Origin: a virus
DNA length: 64,000 bases
Virus record (IMG/VR): IMGVR_UViG_3300031992_000005
Location: 289,026-353,025 of that record
Strand: one strand, 5' to 3'
The number at the start of each line of letters is the position of its first letter. Within the stretch, counting starts at the first letter, position 1. Shown piece by piece: positions 8,801 through 16,670 of the stretch. The position numbers were made by a program, and so were the translations under genes. The notes under the pieces are model-generated. The model had not been told where the DNA came from, did not search any database, and saw only the letters and a program-made list of their open reading frames with translations.

Positions 8801-11465
8801 TTATTATAATTCACCTGGATCGTTCTCTATGCCTTCTACAGCAGCTGCTCCAAGCAATAATGGCTATTACTTACCATTACAGAATAACTCTATGGTTATA
8901 ACTTCACCTTTTGGTAATCGTGCAGATCCCGTTAATAAAGGTAAAGTACAATTTCATAAAGGTATCGATATTCGAGCTAATAATGAGAATATTTACGCCA
9001 CAGAGAACGGAGGTAGAGTTGTTAAGGTAAACAATAATGCTGGCTCTGGTGGTGGAAAGTCTGTAACAGTAGAGTATGATCGTGGTAACGGTAATAAAAT
9101 ACAAACCACCTATAGACACTTATCTAGCATTGGTGTACGAGAAGGTGAAGGTGTTCAGGCAGGTCAACAATTAGGTGTATCAGGAAATACTGGTCGTAGA
9201 TCAACAGCACCACACTTACATTTCGAAGTTAGTACTATAGATAGTAACGGCAATTCACAAAAGGTAGATCCTACTGCATATCTTGCAGATATAAGTCAGG
9301 CAGGAGGATTATCTTTGAATATGTCTTATAAAAACGGAAGTGGAGGTATAGTAGTAAATGGTAGTTCTGAATCTATTTTCGAAAATGATACTATTGAACG
9401 CCCTTTCGGTAAAGAAGATATCAAAACTGAAAAAGAACTAAAGCAACAAGAGGTAAAATCAGCCGTTGCTAGAGAAGCAATGAGGGTTTGGGAAAAATAT
9501 CCGGAACTAAAAGAAGCTTTTGATGATTATGATCATTTCGAAAATTATTGGATTACAAAAGGTCCTAGTAAAAGAAAAAAGCTAATGAAAGGCTATATGG
9601 CTTATCATAATCATAAAAAAGCCATTGATGCAGACCCGAACCTATCTAAGTTAGGCGTACATCATTTTGCTGAAATATGGGCTAGTAAATCAACAGAACC
9701 TTGGGAAGTGATAAACAGAGCTGAACAAGGTCGACAGTTTGAAAAGATAGAAGAAGGTGCTGATGCTTTTGCAAAGAAAATAGAAGAACAATCGAAAGAC
9801 ACTCTTTGGATAAGAAATGATTATAAGAGAGGTTCGGACAAAAAATGGAAAGATGAAGTAGATGCTATAGGAGAAAGCGGGGCCTACAAGAGACTTTATA
9901 AGGATATTCTAGAGGGAAGAAAAGGCTCTGGTTATGATGATAAGATAGCAGCATCTATTCTATTTGGAGATGATTATAATAAATTACGAGAAGAGCTAAA
10001 CGATACTAACACAGCTATTACTAATGCAAAGTACAGAGGCATTAATCACGACAAGGAAATTACGAAGAAAGACTTCCTGCAAAAAAAGTTAAGAAATTTT
10101 GAACAATCTGCATATAACTATACAACGCTAGCAAATAATGAAAGTAAATCTAAGAGAAAACAACTCTTTTCACAAAATCAAAAAATAGCCCAAATAAAAA
10201 ATCAAATTTTAAGTTATGAGGAGGAGAGAAAAGCTATTACTGCAAAAGCTGAAAGACAACTACTTAATTGGCCTAACATGACTGCAGAAGAGATTAATGA
10301 GCTAGAATTAAATACTGTAGCAGATATTGCTTGGATCAATGATAAGCAGGATAGTCTCCGACAACAACTATATAAGATAATGGATGGGCTAGGTGAAGAT
10401 CAAGAGGAGTTTAAAATCAAGCTAGAGCAAGAAATTAAATTACAAACAAAGACAGGAGAAGAACTTTGGGGTGAATTTAATAATATTATGGATAGCGGTA
10501 AATCTCAGATAGAGGCATTAGGTGAAATGATGCGTGAGTATGGAAAAGAAGTTCTTGAAAAAATGAGGAATGAATTAGCAAAAACTATAACATTCTTCCA
10601 AGATCATGAACTTACTGAAAACATGTTCGATCCTAATTATAATCCTACTGCACAATTAACCGCCCTTGAAAAAATACAAGAACAGAAGAAAGCTTTAGTC
10701 GAAGAATATGGATCTTGGACAAAAGTTCTAGACGATAAAAGAATTCCACTTGAACTTGCGGAAAAAAATATAAAACAAAACGCTGCAAATGTTCAAGTTA
10801 CTATTCAAGGTAATCAAGCTCTATCTGAAAATGGATTGGCTGAACCTATAAAAAATGCAGATGAACTCAATACAAAAGCACAGGGAGTAATTAATAAAGT
10901 TGATAAGCTCTCTAATAGAAAAACCACTATGGAAATACTTCCAAAAGGTTGGGGAGGAACTGGGTATGATGAAAATTATACAAGTAATAAGCCAGATGAA
11001 AAACCAGTCTTTACGTCTAAATATTATAATTCCGGATACATTGATGAGAAAACTGGTAAGATAAATGGTCCTCTGACAGATTCCTCAGGATTTAATAAAA
11101 AGAGAAAAACGCCAGTCAAACTATCTAGTGGTAAAACTGTAGGAGGCTATACTGAACCGGGTAATCCACTAACCCCTTCTGGATATGTCCTTCACAAAGA
11201 TGAGTTTGTAGTTAATTCTAAGTCTCTGAAAAACCCATTGATTAGTGATATTGTCCGAGCAATTGATGTTTATCAGGGAACTAATAAGGACTCAGTTAAG
11301 ACACCAATCTCTAAAGAATCGATATTAACTGCAGAATCTTCAAAAATTACTGCAATTAACACCGCAGAAACAAATGCTAGATTAGAGCAGTTAACTCAAG
11401 CTGTATTAAATTTAGGAAGAAGTGGAGGAACACCAAAAACTAAAGTTCCTTCTTATACACCATGA
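5871..11465 (+). CDS. Tail tape-measure protein with embedded muralytic domains
   Basis: 1864 aa, directly upstream of the baseplate genes. Has an N-terminal hydrophobic segment (IKTLLFLFGMRFL), a long coiled-coil-like C-terminal half, and two enzymatic domains listed separately. Stop overlaps the next start (ATGA). Confidence 0.75.
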   Translation: MANNNQNQPKKDESYANYQQAGQQLLQMNAERQKNIALQRQANANQQGTTELLSQAGAMATMGGGGAAINPQTQAMLRKYGYGQPKVQRAQGREVKIVPNNIVINNNYNTVSNNNVIPQQGGGNDAANSQSRFKTWISGIFARQKEETAKRDREYQKQEWAIGKSTNRMLRQMTDAGRNVANAINPRNLGSSLGGQIKTLLFLFGMRFLSKNWTKILDITTTITGYIKEGLAFFGIGDETRVKALAAQGKDFRGRFISFFTEPARARDGKTTVISLMREMIQSFGDYIKTFIEGQMELRGIAMRSIKFPKIDFKPADSSGWNPLASAINSAISSLGDSLTNALSGMGTYIGDIFTAFVNPKAGARRAIVSNVRNLGTENSRKNQEYYRNVNRFTAVNVWDGDKANGWAVNAGDAANELVGEDYYDAANHRYLKGSRRYALLENALEGNRLRNTAGSQISQGRDLLGAINNAKTHGRIDTARFASGVSRLYEAAKENENGVVVDQEFVNTLIGEKLKRDLTSTRDLVPVKMKYVVADLDASEYGNRGSELYKEAAGTSDDLLVGKVPLLGWGLNVATAGIQKLGNSLATHLNSKKLILVPESDPRPAVTKIKDVWGANTTGDVKDLGKPVSTYYRLTPTAIEKIMQHRISKDADIDNYETFLPGVDKFLVRAGGGEAAVNKKWSESQKKNLQFTQERFGGNQRDYDITSGFNEIRRIELAEQKLRSKMENHPFMGYVNRAVNNAEKLVNKGVEGVNNVVRWFGTTDLGRNLATERVTNKTVRANAQRIMDFLINEGGFTPDQAIGILGNLYIESGRSLSPRAINPNDSGKRSVGLAQWRDDRDKALQQFASSRGKSWDDFDTQLEFLLWELGNKERAANNAVRKSNNFQEAAYAWRLFERYDGWDTGGRTTGLHKERQKAAWSMYNMLKNDGYFEGKRLSVNGSTSNDGSDLMNSNIPEGSIFISTARPGANTSGGYNYYNSPGSFSMPSTAAAPSNNGYYLPLQNNSMVITSPFGNRADPVNKGKVQFHKGIDIRANNENIYATENGGRVVKVNNNAGSGGGKSVTVEYDRGNGNKIQTTYRHLSSIGVREGEGVQAGQQLGVSGNTGRRSTAPHLHFEVSTIDSNGNSQKVDPTAYLADISQAGGLSLNMSYKNGSGGIVVNGSSESIFENDTIERPFGKEDIKTEKELKQQEVKSAVAREAMRVWEKYPELKEAFDDYDHFENYWITKGPSKRKKLMKGYMAYHNHKKAIDADPNLSKLGVHHFAEIWASKSTEPWEVINRAEQGRQFEKIEEGADAFAKKIEEQSKDTLWIRNDYKRGSDKKWKDEVDAIGESGAYKRLYKDILEGRKGSGYDDKIAASILFGDDYNKLREELNDTNTAITNAKYRGINHDKEITKKDFLQKKLRNFEQSAYNYTTLANNESKSKRKQLFSQNQKIAQIKNQILSYEEERKAITAKAERQLLNWPNMTAEEINELELNTVADIAWINDKQDSLRQQLYKIMDGLGEDQEEFKIKLEQEIKLQTKTGEELWGEFNNIMDSGKSQIEALGEMMREYGKEVLEKMRNELAKTITFFQDHELTENMFDPNYNPTAQLTALEKIQEQKKALVEEYGSWTKVLDDKRIPLELAEKNIKQNAANVQVTIQGNQALSENGLAEPIKNADELNTKAQGVINKVDKLSNRKTTMEILPKGWGGTGYDENYTSNKPDEKPVFTSKYYNSGYIDEKTGKINGPLTDSSGFNKKRKTPVKLSSGKTVGGYTEPGNPLTPSGYVLHKDEFVVNSKSLKNPLISDIVRAIDVYQGTNKDSVKTPISKESILTAESSKITAINTAETNARLEQLTQAVLNLGRSGGTPKTKVPSYTP
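8211..8651 (+). other. Phage-tail-lysozyme-like domain inside the tape measure (approximate bounds)
   Basis: The motif string GILGNLYIESGRSLSPRAINPNDSGKRSVGLAQWRDDRDKALQQF...DTQLEFLLWEL matches the GNxxxES...GxxQW...R pattern of the tail lysozyme family. Confidence 0.6.
8862..9285 (+). other. Peptidase M23 (LytM-type) domain inside the tape measure (approximate bounds)
   Basis: HxxxD motif (HKGIDIRA) and HxH motif (PHLHFEV), with the intervening GxxVxxGQxLGxSGNTG segment typical of M23 endopeptidases. Confidence 0.8.
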
Positions 11466-12685
11466 CAAGTAAAGAAATTAACTATAGCAATGGAGCTGAC
11501 TTAGGCGATGGAGTTTCTGGTTTCTATTATGATAGCCAGTTGAATCTTGAAACTATGTCAGCTTCTCTTCACCCAAATTCCATCCTAGACAAAGATGGAA
11601 TAAAATGGATATCTATACCAACAGATGAACAGGAATCTACGGATAATCAAATATACAGTGACACTAGAGTAACAACCAAAACAGAGGAACAATACCCATA
11701 TAGAGAGAAGCCTATTTGTAAAGCCATAATAAATGAAGAATTTCAAGTATCAATTGCCAATACTTATACGGGTTTTGGTGAAGATTTTATAGGCGGACTC
11801 TGGAGTAACCTAAAACCACTTGCACCATATGCCGGCGAAGCTGCAAAGTTCCTTGCAGATATAGCCAATCAAACGGAAAATTACTTTGCCGACAAAGTAG
11901 GTGAAGGCAAAAATATGAGCGAAAATGGAAATAAAGCCCTAAGTGCCTTTCTTAGTGTTATGAGGAATGCCTCAAATTTTGCTGGTCAGGCTGGGGATTA
12001 TTTAAACAGATCATTGGTAGTTCAAGGTAGTAGATTTTCTTATTACAATGGTACTGGTATTGATTTTGGTAATCTGGTTATGAAATTTACAGTATTCTCG
12101 GGATTTCATACTGTGGATGAATATGATGGGGAGAATCACAAGGTTATCAAAAAGGTTATTGAGTATAATAGTGTATATAATCAAATTGCTGAAATTCTTC
12201 CATATGTAATAGGTGAATTTGTTCCTATAACGGACATAACGAAGAATTCTTCAGAGGAGGTAAAGCAGTTTGTCAGTGAATTCGCATCCTGGCAAATGCC
12301 GCCTGGTGGATATGTACCTTACTACAAGGACGTAGATACTGTTCACCCAGGAACGCTAAAACTTAGACTAGGCCCTTACTTTTCAGTAGAAAATCTTGTT
12401 ATTAAATCCGCTCAGTTTACTTACTCTAAGGCTATGTCAAAAAATCCTACATATAGGGGTGATTCAAAAATATCTAAGGATACTCAAAATTATCTAGTAC
12501 CATTATCCTGTGAGGTATTATTAAATCTAAGCCCTATTACTAAGCACTCAAGACAATCTCTTGAAAGATATATAAAGGGAACTTCCTCTAGAGGTACTAA
12601 GAAAATTTTAGAGGGAAAAATGGAAGATAGTCTTAGTAAAATAGAAGAAAGAACAAACGACATATCTAAGATTAGTAGAATTTAA
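11462..12685 (+). CDS. Tail/baseplate-associated protein (position of Mu gp43-type protein)
   Basis: 407 aa, translationally coupled on both sides (ATGA; TAATG). The call is purely positional, between the tape measure and the LysM-like/hub genes. Confidence 0.35.
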   Translation: MTSKEINYSNGADLGDGVSGFYYDSQLNLETMSASLHPNSILDKDGIKWISIPTDEQESTDNQIYSDTRVTTKTEEQYPYREKPICKAIINEEFQVSIANTYTGFGEDFIGGLWSNLKPLAPYAGEAAKFLADIANQTENYFADKVGEGKNMSENGNKALSAFLSVMRNASNFAGQAGDYLNRSLVVQGSRFSYYNGTGIDFGNLVMKFTVFSGFHTVDEYDGENHKVIKKVIEYNSVYNQIAEILPYVIGEFVPITDITKNSSEEVKQFVSEFASWQMPPGGYVPYYKDVDTVHPGTLKLRLGPYFSVENLVIKSAQFTYSKAMSKNPTYRGDSKISKDTQNYLVPLSCEVLLNLSPITKHSRQSLERYIKGTSSRGTKKILEGKMEDSLSKIEERTNDISKISRI

Positions 12686-12993
12686 TGTTTACCAAGTCAT
12701 CTAAAATAAATTCTAGTAGAACAGATTTTTCAAACTATATTGAAGGATTTGATGTATATAATGCGAGGGTCTTTGACTTAATGAAAGAATATGATGACCA
12801 GCGTGTTCTCTACAAGATTACAACAAAAAGCTACAGACCTGATCTCATAGCAAAAGATATTTATGGAAGTACTGATTATCTTCCATTTCTTCTGATTGCA
12901 TGTGCATCAGGTCTTAGTTATTATACAAAAGGAAATACTATCAGTATTTTCCCAAAAGATATTATTGATAAAGTTATTGCCAGGTTAGCATGA
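12685..12993 (+). CDS. LysM-like small tail protein (P2 gpX-like)
   Basis: 102 aa. The segment YRPDLIAKDIYGSTDYLPFLLIACASGL...GNTISIFP resembles the gpX/LysM pattern (D-x-I-A-x-x-x-Y-G ... G-x-x-I-x-I-P). Sits just before the hub gene. Confidence 0.45.
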   Translation: MFTKSSKINSSRTDFSNYIEGFDVYNARVFDLMKEYDDQRVLYKITTKSYRPDLIAKDIYGSTDYLPFLLIACASGLSYYTKGNTISIFPKDIIDKVIARLA

Positions 12994-14132
12994 GGATAGA
13001 AACGTCACATAAAATTTCAGTATTCTTTAGTCCTTGGTTTGGTGAAACTCCAGATGATGCTGGCGATTTTAGTTTTACAAAACTACATCTATATGAAGAA
13101 TTAGGTGGTAGTATTGCCTATGGAGACATAGACCTAGTATCTCTAGGTACTGACAGAGCAAACGAGCTCCTACAAAAACAAAGAACTGGAGTAATACAAA
13201 TTGAACAAGAGGAAAGAGTTTCTTATAATATTCCAGTCTGTATTACAAAAGTATCTATGTATAGTAATTTAATTTCGTTAGGTTTTGTTTGTTGTAAATC
13301 AAAAGATTTCTTCTCTAAGAGAAAAACAGATACCTTAGAAATGGATATCTCAAGTGCTATACAGAATCTCTATTCTGGGAATAGTGATATTAGGTGTGAA
13401 TCTGATGTTCAAGGAAGTTTGAAATTTTATCAACAAATGGAAACTGACTTAAGTCTTTTGACTAGGTTATGTTATTCCTATAAAAAAGATTCTATCTTTG
13501 GCCTGGGTTGGAATGGATTAGTTATAAAAGAAACTTTTGGCGAGAAGAATAGTAAAGGGAATAAAGAACCTGATGAAAATATGATTCTCCCATTAGATGC
13601 AGAAGTTTTCCAAAAAGAGGAAAGAACTGAAACTTATTATCCACAAAACTATAAACCCCCAGTTAATGTTTGGGAAGACACTGAAGGAAAAATAGCCACA
13701 CAGGATTATACTCAGGATGAGCCTATTAATCCAAGGGTCATAATGAAGCAGACAGAAAATGGTATGCAAACTTTAATGATGCATAAGGATTATTACCAAA
13801 TGCACGAGAATTATACATACAATACTAATTTTATGGCCACTAAGATGTACTCTTCTATAAAAGTTGTTGATCCGATTGCTATTCCTAAATATATGCTAGG
13901 AGATGTAGTAGAAGTAGATAAACAAAGTCTTAAGGCTGATAATCTAAATTGGCCTGTTAAGTACTACTTAGTTAAATCAAATGAATTCTTCATATCAATA
14001 GACGGTTCTCAGTTTGTTGATGAGAATGGTGCTAATTTCTCATGGACATCAACTCTCTTAGGACTAGAGGAAATTGATGGTACGGTTGCTATTGGTAGTG
14101 AAGAAGATCCAAGGGATAAAGAAGAAAAATGA
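12990..14132 (+). CDS. Baseplate hub protein (P2 gpD / Mu gp44 / T4 gp27-like)
   Basis: 380 aa, in the canonical position and of canonical size between the LysM-like protein and the spike. ATGA overlaps on both sides. Confidence 0.5.
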   Translation: MRIETSHKISVFFSPWFGETPDDAGDFSFTKLHLYEELGGSIAYGDIDLVSLGTDRANELLQKQRTGVIQIEQEERVSYNIPVCITKVSMYSNLISLGFVCCKSKDFFSKRKTDTLEMDISSAIQNLYSGNSDIRCESDVQGSLKFYQQMETDLSLLTRLCYSYKKDSIFGLGWNGLVIKETFGEKNSKGNKEPDENMILPLDAEVFQKEERTETYYPQNYKPPVNVWEDTEGKIATQDYTQDEPINPRVIMKQTENGMQTLMMHKDYYQMHENYTYNTNFMATKMYSSIKVVDPIAIPKYMLGDVVEVDKQSLKADNLNWPVKYYLVKSNEFFISIDGSQFVDENGANFSWTSTLLGLEEIDGTVAIGSEEDPRDKEEK

Positions 14133-14824
14133 AAAAGAATTTTGGAGTAATAAAAAAAGTGATCGACCCGGATTTATTTACAGTTGAGGTAGACATTCCG
14201 GGCGAAAATGAAGCGCTTAGAGCTTTTCCAAAAAGAGGAGAAGTGGATGAACCTAGGGTGGGCGATGTCGTTTGGTTAGAGGAAGTTGACCCACTCTATC
14301 ATTCATACTACCTTTATGAGAAATTGAAGGAAAATAACTTCATCGGAATAAGAGCTCGTGGAAAAGTACTTAGACTTAGTTCAGATGAGATATCAGTTGG
14401 CATTTTCGATCCATCTGACGAGTCATGGTATGATAAGCAAGACGGGGCCGATCCAACACCAGAGCCAACATCATGGATCAAGCTAGACAAGGACGGTAAC
14501 ATTGATATTAATGGGGAGAAAAATACTACCATTAATATAAAAGGTAATGTTACTATCAACGTAGATGGAGATGCAAAGATCGACGTAAAAGGTAATGCTG
14601 AAACTAACGTAGGTGGAGATTCAAAATTAACTGTTTCAGGGGACACTGAAATTAAATCACCTAATGTGAAGATTAATAGTTCTTCTCAAGTTCAGATTAC
14701 TGGAGGTGGATCATTTAACATGAGAGGTACTGCATCACCTAGTGTGAATGGACCAATGAATTGTCTTAAAATGTGCGTTTTTAGTGGAGCCGTACATGGC
14801 TCAGATACTTGTACAGGAATTTAA
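14129..14824 (+). CDS. Baseplate central spike (gpV / gp45 / gp5-like)
   Basis: N-terminal OB-like segment (GVIKKVIDPDLFTVEVDIPGE...PRVGDVVWLEEVD). Then beta-helix-like repeats (INIKGNVTINVDGDAKIDVKGNAETNVGGDSKLTVSGDTEIKS) and a Cys/His-containing tip (NCLKMCVFSGAVHGSDTC). Confidence 0.65.
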   Translation: MKKNFGVIKKVIDPDLFTVEVDIPGENEALRAFPKRGEVDEPRVGDVVWLEEVDPLYHSYYLYEKLKENNFIGIRARGKVLRLSSDEISVGIFDPSDESWYDKQDGADPTPEPTSWIKLDKDGNIDINGEKNTTINIKGNVTINVDGDAKIDVKGNAETNVGGDSKLTVSGDTEIKSPNVKINSSSQVQITGGGSFNMRGTASPSVNGPMNCLKMCVFSGAVHGSDTCTGI

Positions 14825-15838
14825 AATATAGATTATGCTATTAAATAATATAGAAGTAAAAATACTATCTACTGCCAAATTAATAGATGTATATAACAAT
14901 AATTTTCCTGAGGATTTTTTAATGAAAAACGTCATTTACTGTATACATAATGAAGTAAATGGAAAAAATTATATAGGGCAAACTATAAAAGTTAAAGATA
15001 GATTTAGTAGAACTTATGTCGGTCACTTTAAGGACTATGATAGGTTTATTAATGGAGAAATTAATGAAACTCGAGCTCTATATAGGGCTTGGAAAAAATA
15101 CGGACTAGAATCGTTCACTGTTTTTGTTATTGATGTAGGTTCTAACAGAGAGGAATTAAATAAAAAGGAAATTTACTGGATAAAAACACTACATACTTGC
15201 GTTAAAGATTCAGAATGTTTTGGATATAACTTAACATGGGGTGCTGATGATATGAGCGTTACTTGTAGGGAATCTATTCAAAGATCTCTGGAGACAAGGA
15301 AGAATATGTATGGAGATTATTTTCCCAAATGCCACACTCAAGAAGCCTATAAAAAAGGAGACGAGACTAAAAAAGATAGGTATGGTTATACTGGATTTAT
15401 CAATGCATTTACGCCAGAAGCTAATTCAAAAAGAAAGCAAACTAATCTAGAAAGATATGGAACTTTACATGGGCCTAATATGTCTAAAGAGGCTATCAAT
15501 AAGATGGTAGAAAAGAAAATAGATAAATATGGAGACCCTATGGGAGTTTGCAATACTCCAGAGAATCGAGAAAAAGCAAAAAAGAATTCAAGAATTACAA
15601 GAATATTTAATTCAATCTCTCGGAACTTAAATCTTCTTAAAGAAAAAGGTATCGACATTCAAAGTTGGGAACAGTATAGCTCGTATATGATCCATAGATA
15701 TCATAGTGTCAATCGTACAAACCTTCATCTAGAAAAGATAATGGAAAATATTACAGATCTTAGGTCAGATAGAAGGTGGTCAACTACTTATGAAAAGATA
15801 TTTGTAGAATCTATAAACAAGTAAAAAATTACAGAACA
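14825..15838 (+). mobile_element. Free-standing homing-endonuclease insertion in the baseplate operon
   Basis: The GIY-YIG gene interrupts the otherwise canonical spike to gp25-like gene order, with only 10-nt and 14-nt flanking spacers. Confidence 0.55.
14835..15824 (+). CDS. GIY-YIG homing endonuclease (seg/I-TevI-like)
   Basis: Has VIYCIHNEVNGKNYIGQT (GIY...YIG), downstream R/H (DRFSRTYVGH) and ELNKKEIYWIKTL. The C-terminal half has repeated K-x-x-x-(R/K)YG helical units (KDRYGYTG, LERYGTLHG, IDKYGDPMG), plausibly DNA-binding. Confidence 0.8.
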   Translation: MLLNNIEVKILSTAKLIDVYNNNFPEDFLMKNVIYCIHNEVNGKNYIGQTIKVKDRFSRTYVGHFKDYDRFINGEINETRALYRAWKKYGLESFTVFVIDVGSNREELNKKEIYWIKTLHTCVKDSECFGYNLTWGADDMSVTCRESIQRSLETRKNMYGDYFPKCHTQEAYKKGDETKKDRYGYTGFINAFTPEANSKRKQTNLERYGTLHGPNMSKEAINKMVEKKIDKYGDPMGVCNTPENREKAKKNSRITRIFNSISRNLNLLKEKGIDIQSWEQYSSYMIHRYHSVNRTNLHLEKIMENITDLRSDRRWSTTYEKIFVESINK

Positions 15839-16342
15839 ATGATGACTATAAGTTCAATGGCAGACCACATAATCAGTAGTATAAATAAAACAACTGACCC
15901 TGCCACTGCAAATAATAGCTTTTATAGTGCCCTTTGTAGTTACGTAGAAGCAAATGCAGAAGTATATTATTCCTGGAAAGCAGCACTTACTAGTCCACCC
16001 TATTCGGTAGACCCAGTAGTAGTTATAAAACCCACTATTAAGACGAGTGGTACTTTAACTCCATCTGGGGCAACAGATCCTGGGGAGGCCATGAGTATAT
16101 TTACACAGACATTAAATGCTAATATAGCAACATGGACAATGGTTTGGCCACCGGGTTTTACATTAACTCCTTGTTTTATACTGCCGTCGGTTACAATAAC
16201 TCCATCTGGTGCCACTGATCAGAAATCTGCAATGGAGGCTGTCTGTGCACAAATTATAGCAGGGATATTATTAGCGACCCCTGCAGCTACTGGATCACAT
16301 GCATCTTTTGTAGGGGCTGCCACTTTTACAAGCATATCTTAA
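15839..16342 (+). CDS. Baseplate-module protein of unknown function with internal 47-aa duplication
   Basis: 167 aa, Ala/Thr/Pro/Ser-rich. Contains the repeat TLTPSGATDPGEAMSIF / TITPSGATDQKSAMEAV (nt 16058 and 16199, 141 nt apart). Confidence 0.5.
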   Translation: MMTISSMADHIISSINKTTDPATANNSFYSALCSYVEANAEVYYSWKAALTSPPYSVDPVVVIKPTIKTSGTLTPSGATDPGEAMSIFTQTLNANIATWTMVWPPGFTLTPCFILPSVTITPSGATDQKSAMEAVCAQIIAGILLATPAATGSHASFVGAATFTSIS

Positions 16343-16343
16343 T

Positions 16344-16670
16344 ATGAAATACTTACTCAGTACTGGAAGAAGTACTACAAAAATAGAAAAATACATCCTA
16401 GACTTAATTAGACTACACATGAGTATTCAGCCAGGAGATATTCCTTTTTCTGATGCAGGTTTCAATTTTATTCTAACCGACGTTAAGAAAGATCAAGCTG
16501 CCAGAGAAATTAAGTCTAGGATAACTAGTCTCATTGAAAGAATAGGCTCTAGATTCAAGGGAATTAGTATTAATTTAACCAACTTAGCCATAGTGGATGA
16601 GACTAGGGCTGAAGTTACAATAAGTATTGATGATTACAGTGATACTTATTCAATTAACTTATATGATTAA
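16344..16670 (+). CDS. Baseplate wedge protein, gp25 / gpW-like
   Basis: 108 aa. The segment HMSIQPGDIPFSDAGFNF matches the T-x-x-G-E-R-x-x-x-P-x-F-G region of the GPW_gp25 family. Lies directly upstream of the J-like gene (TAATG coupling). Confidence 0.6.
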   Translation: MKYLLSTGRSTTKIEKYILDLIRLHMSIQPGDIPFSDAGFNFILTDVKKDQAAREIKSRITSLIERIGSRFKGISINLTNLAIVDETRAEVTISIDDYSDTYSINLYD

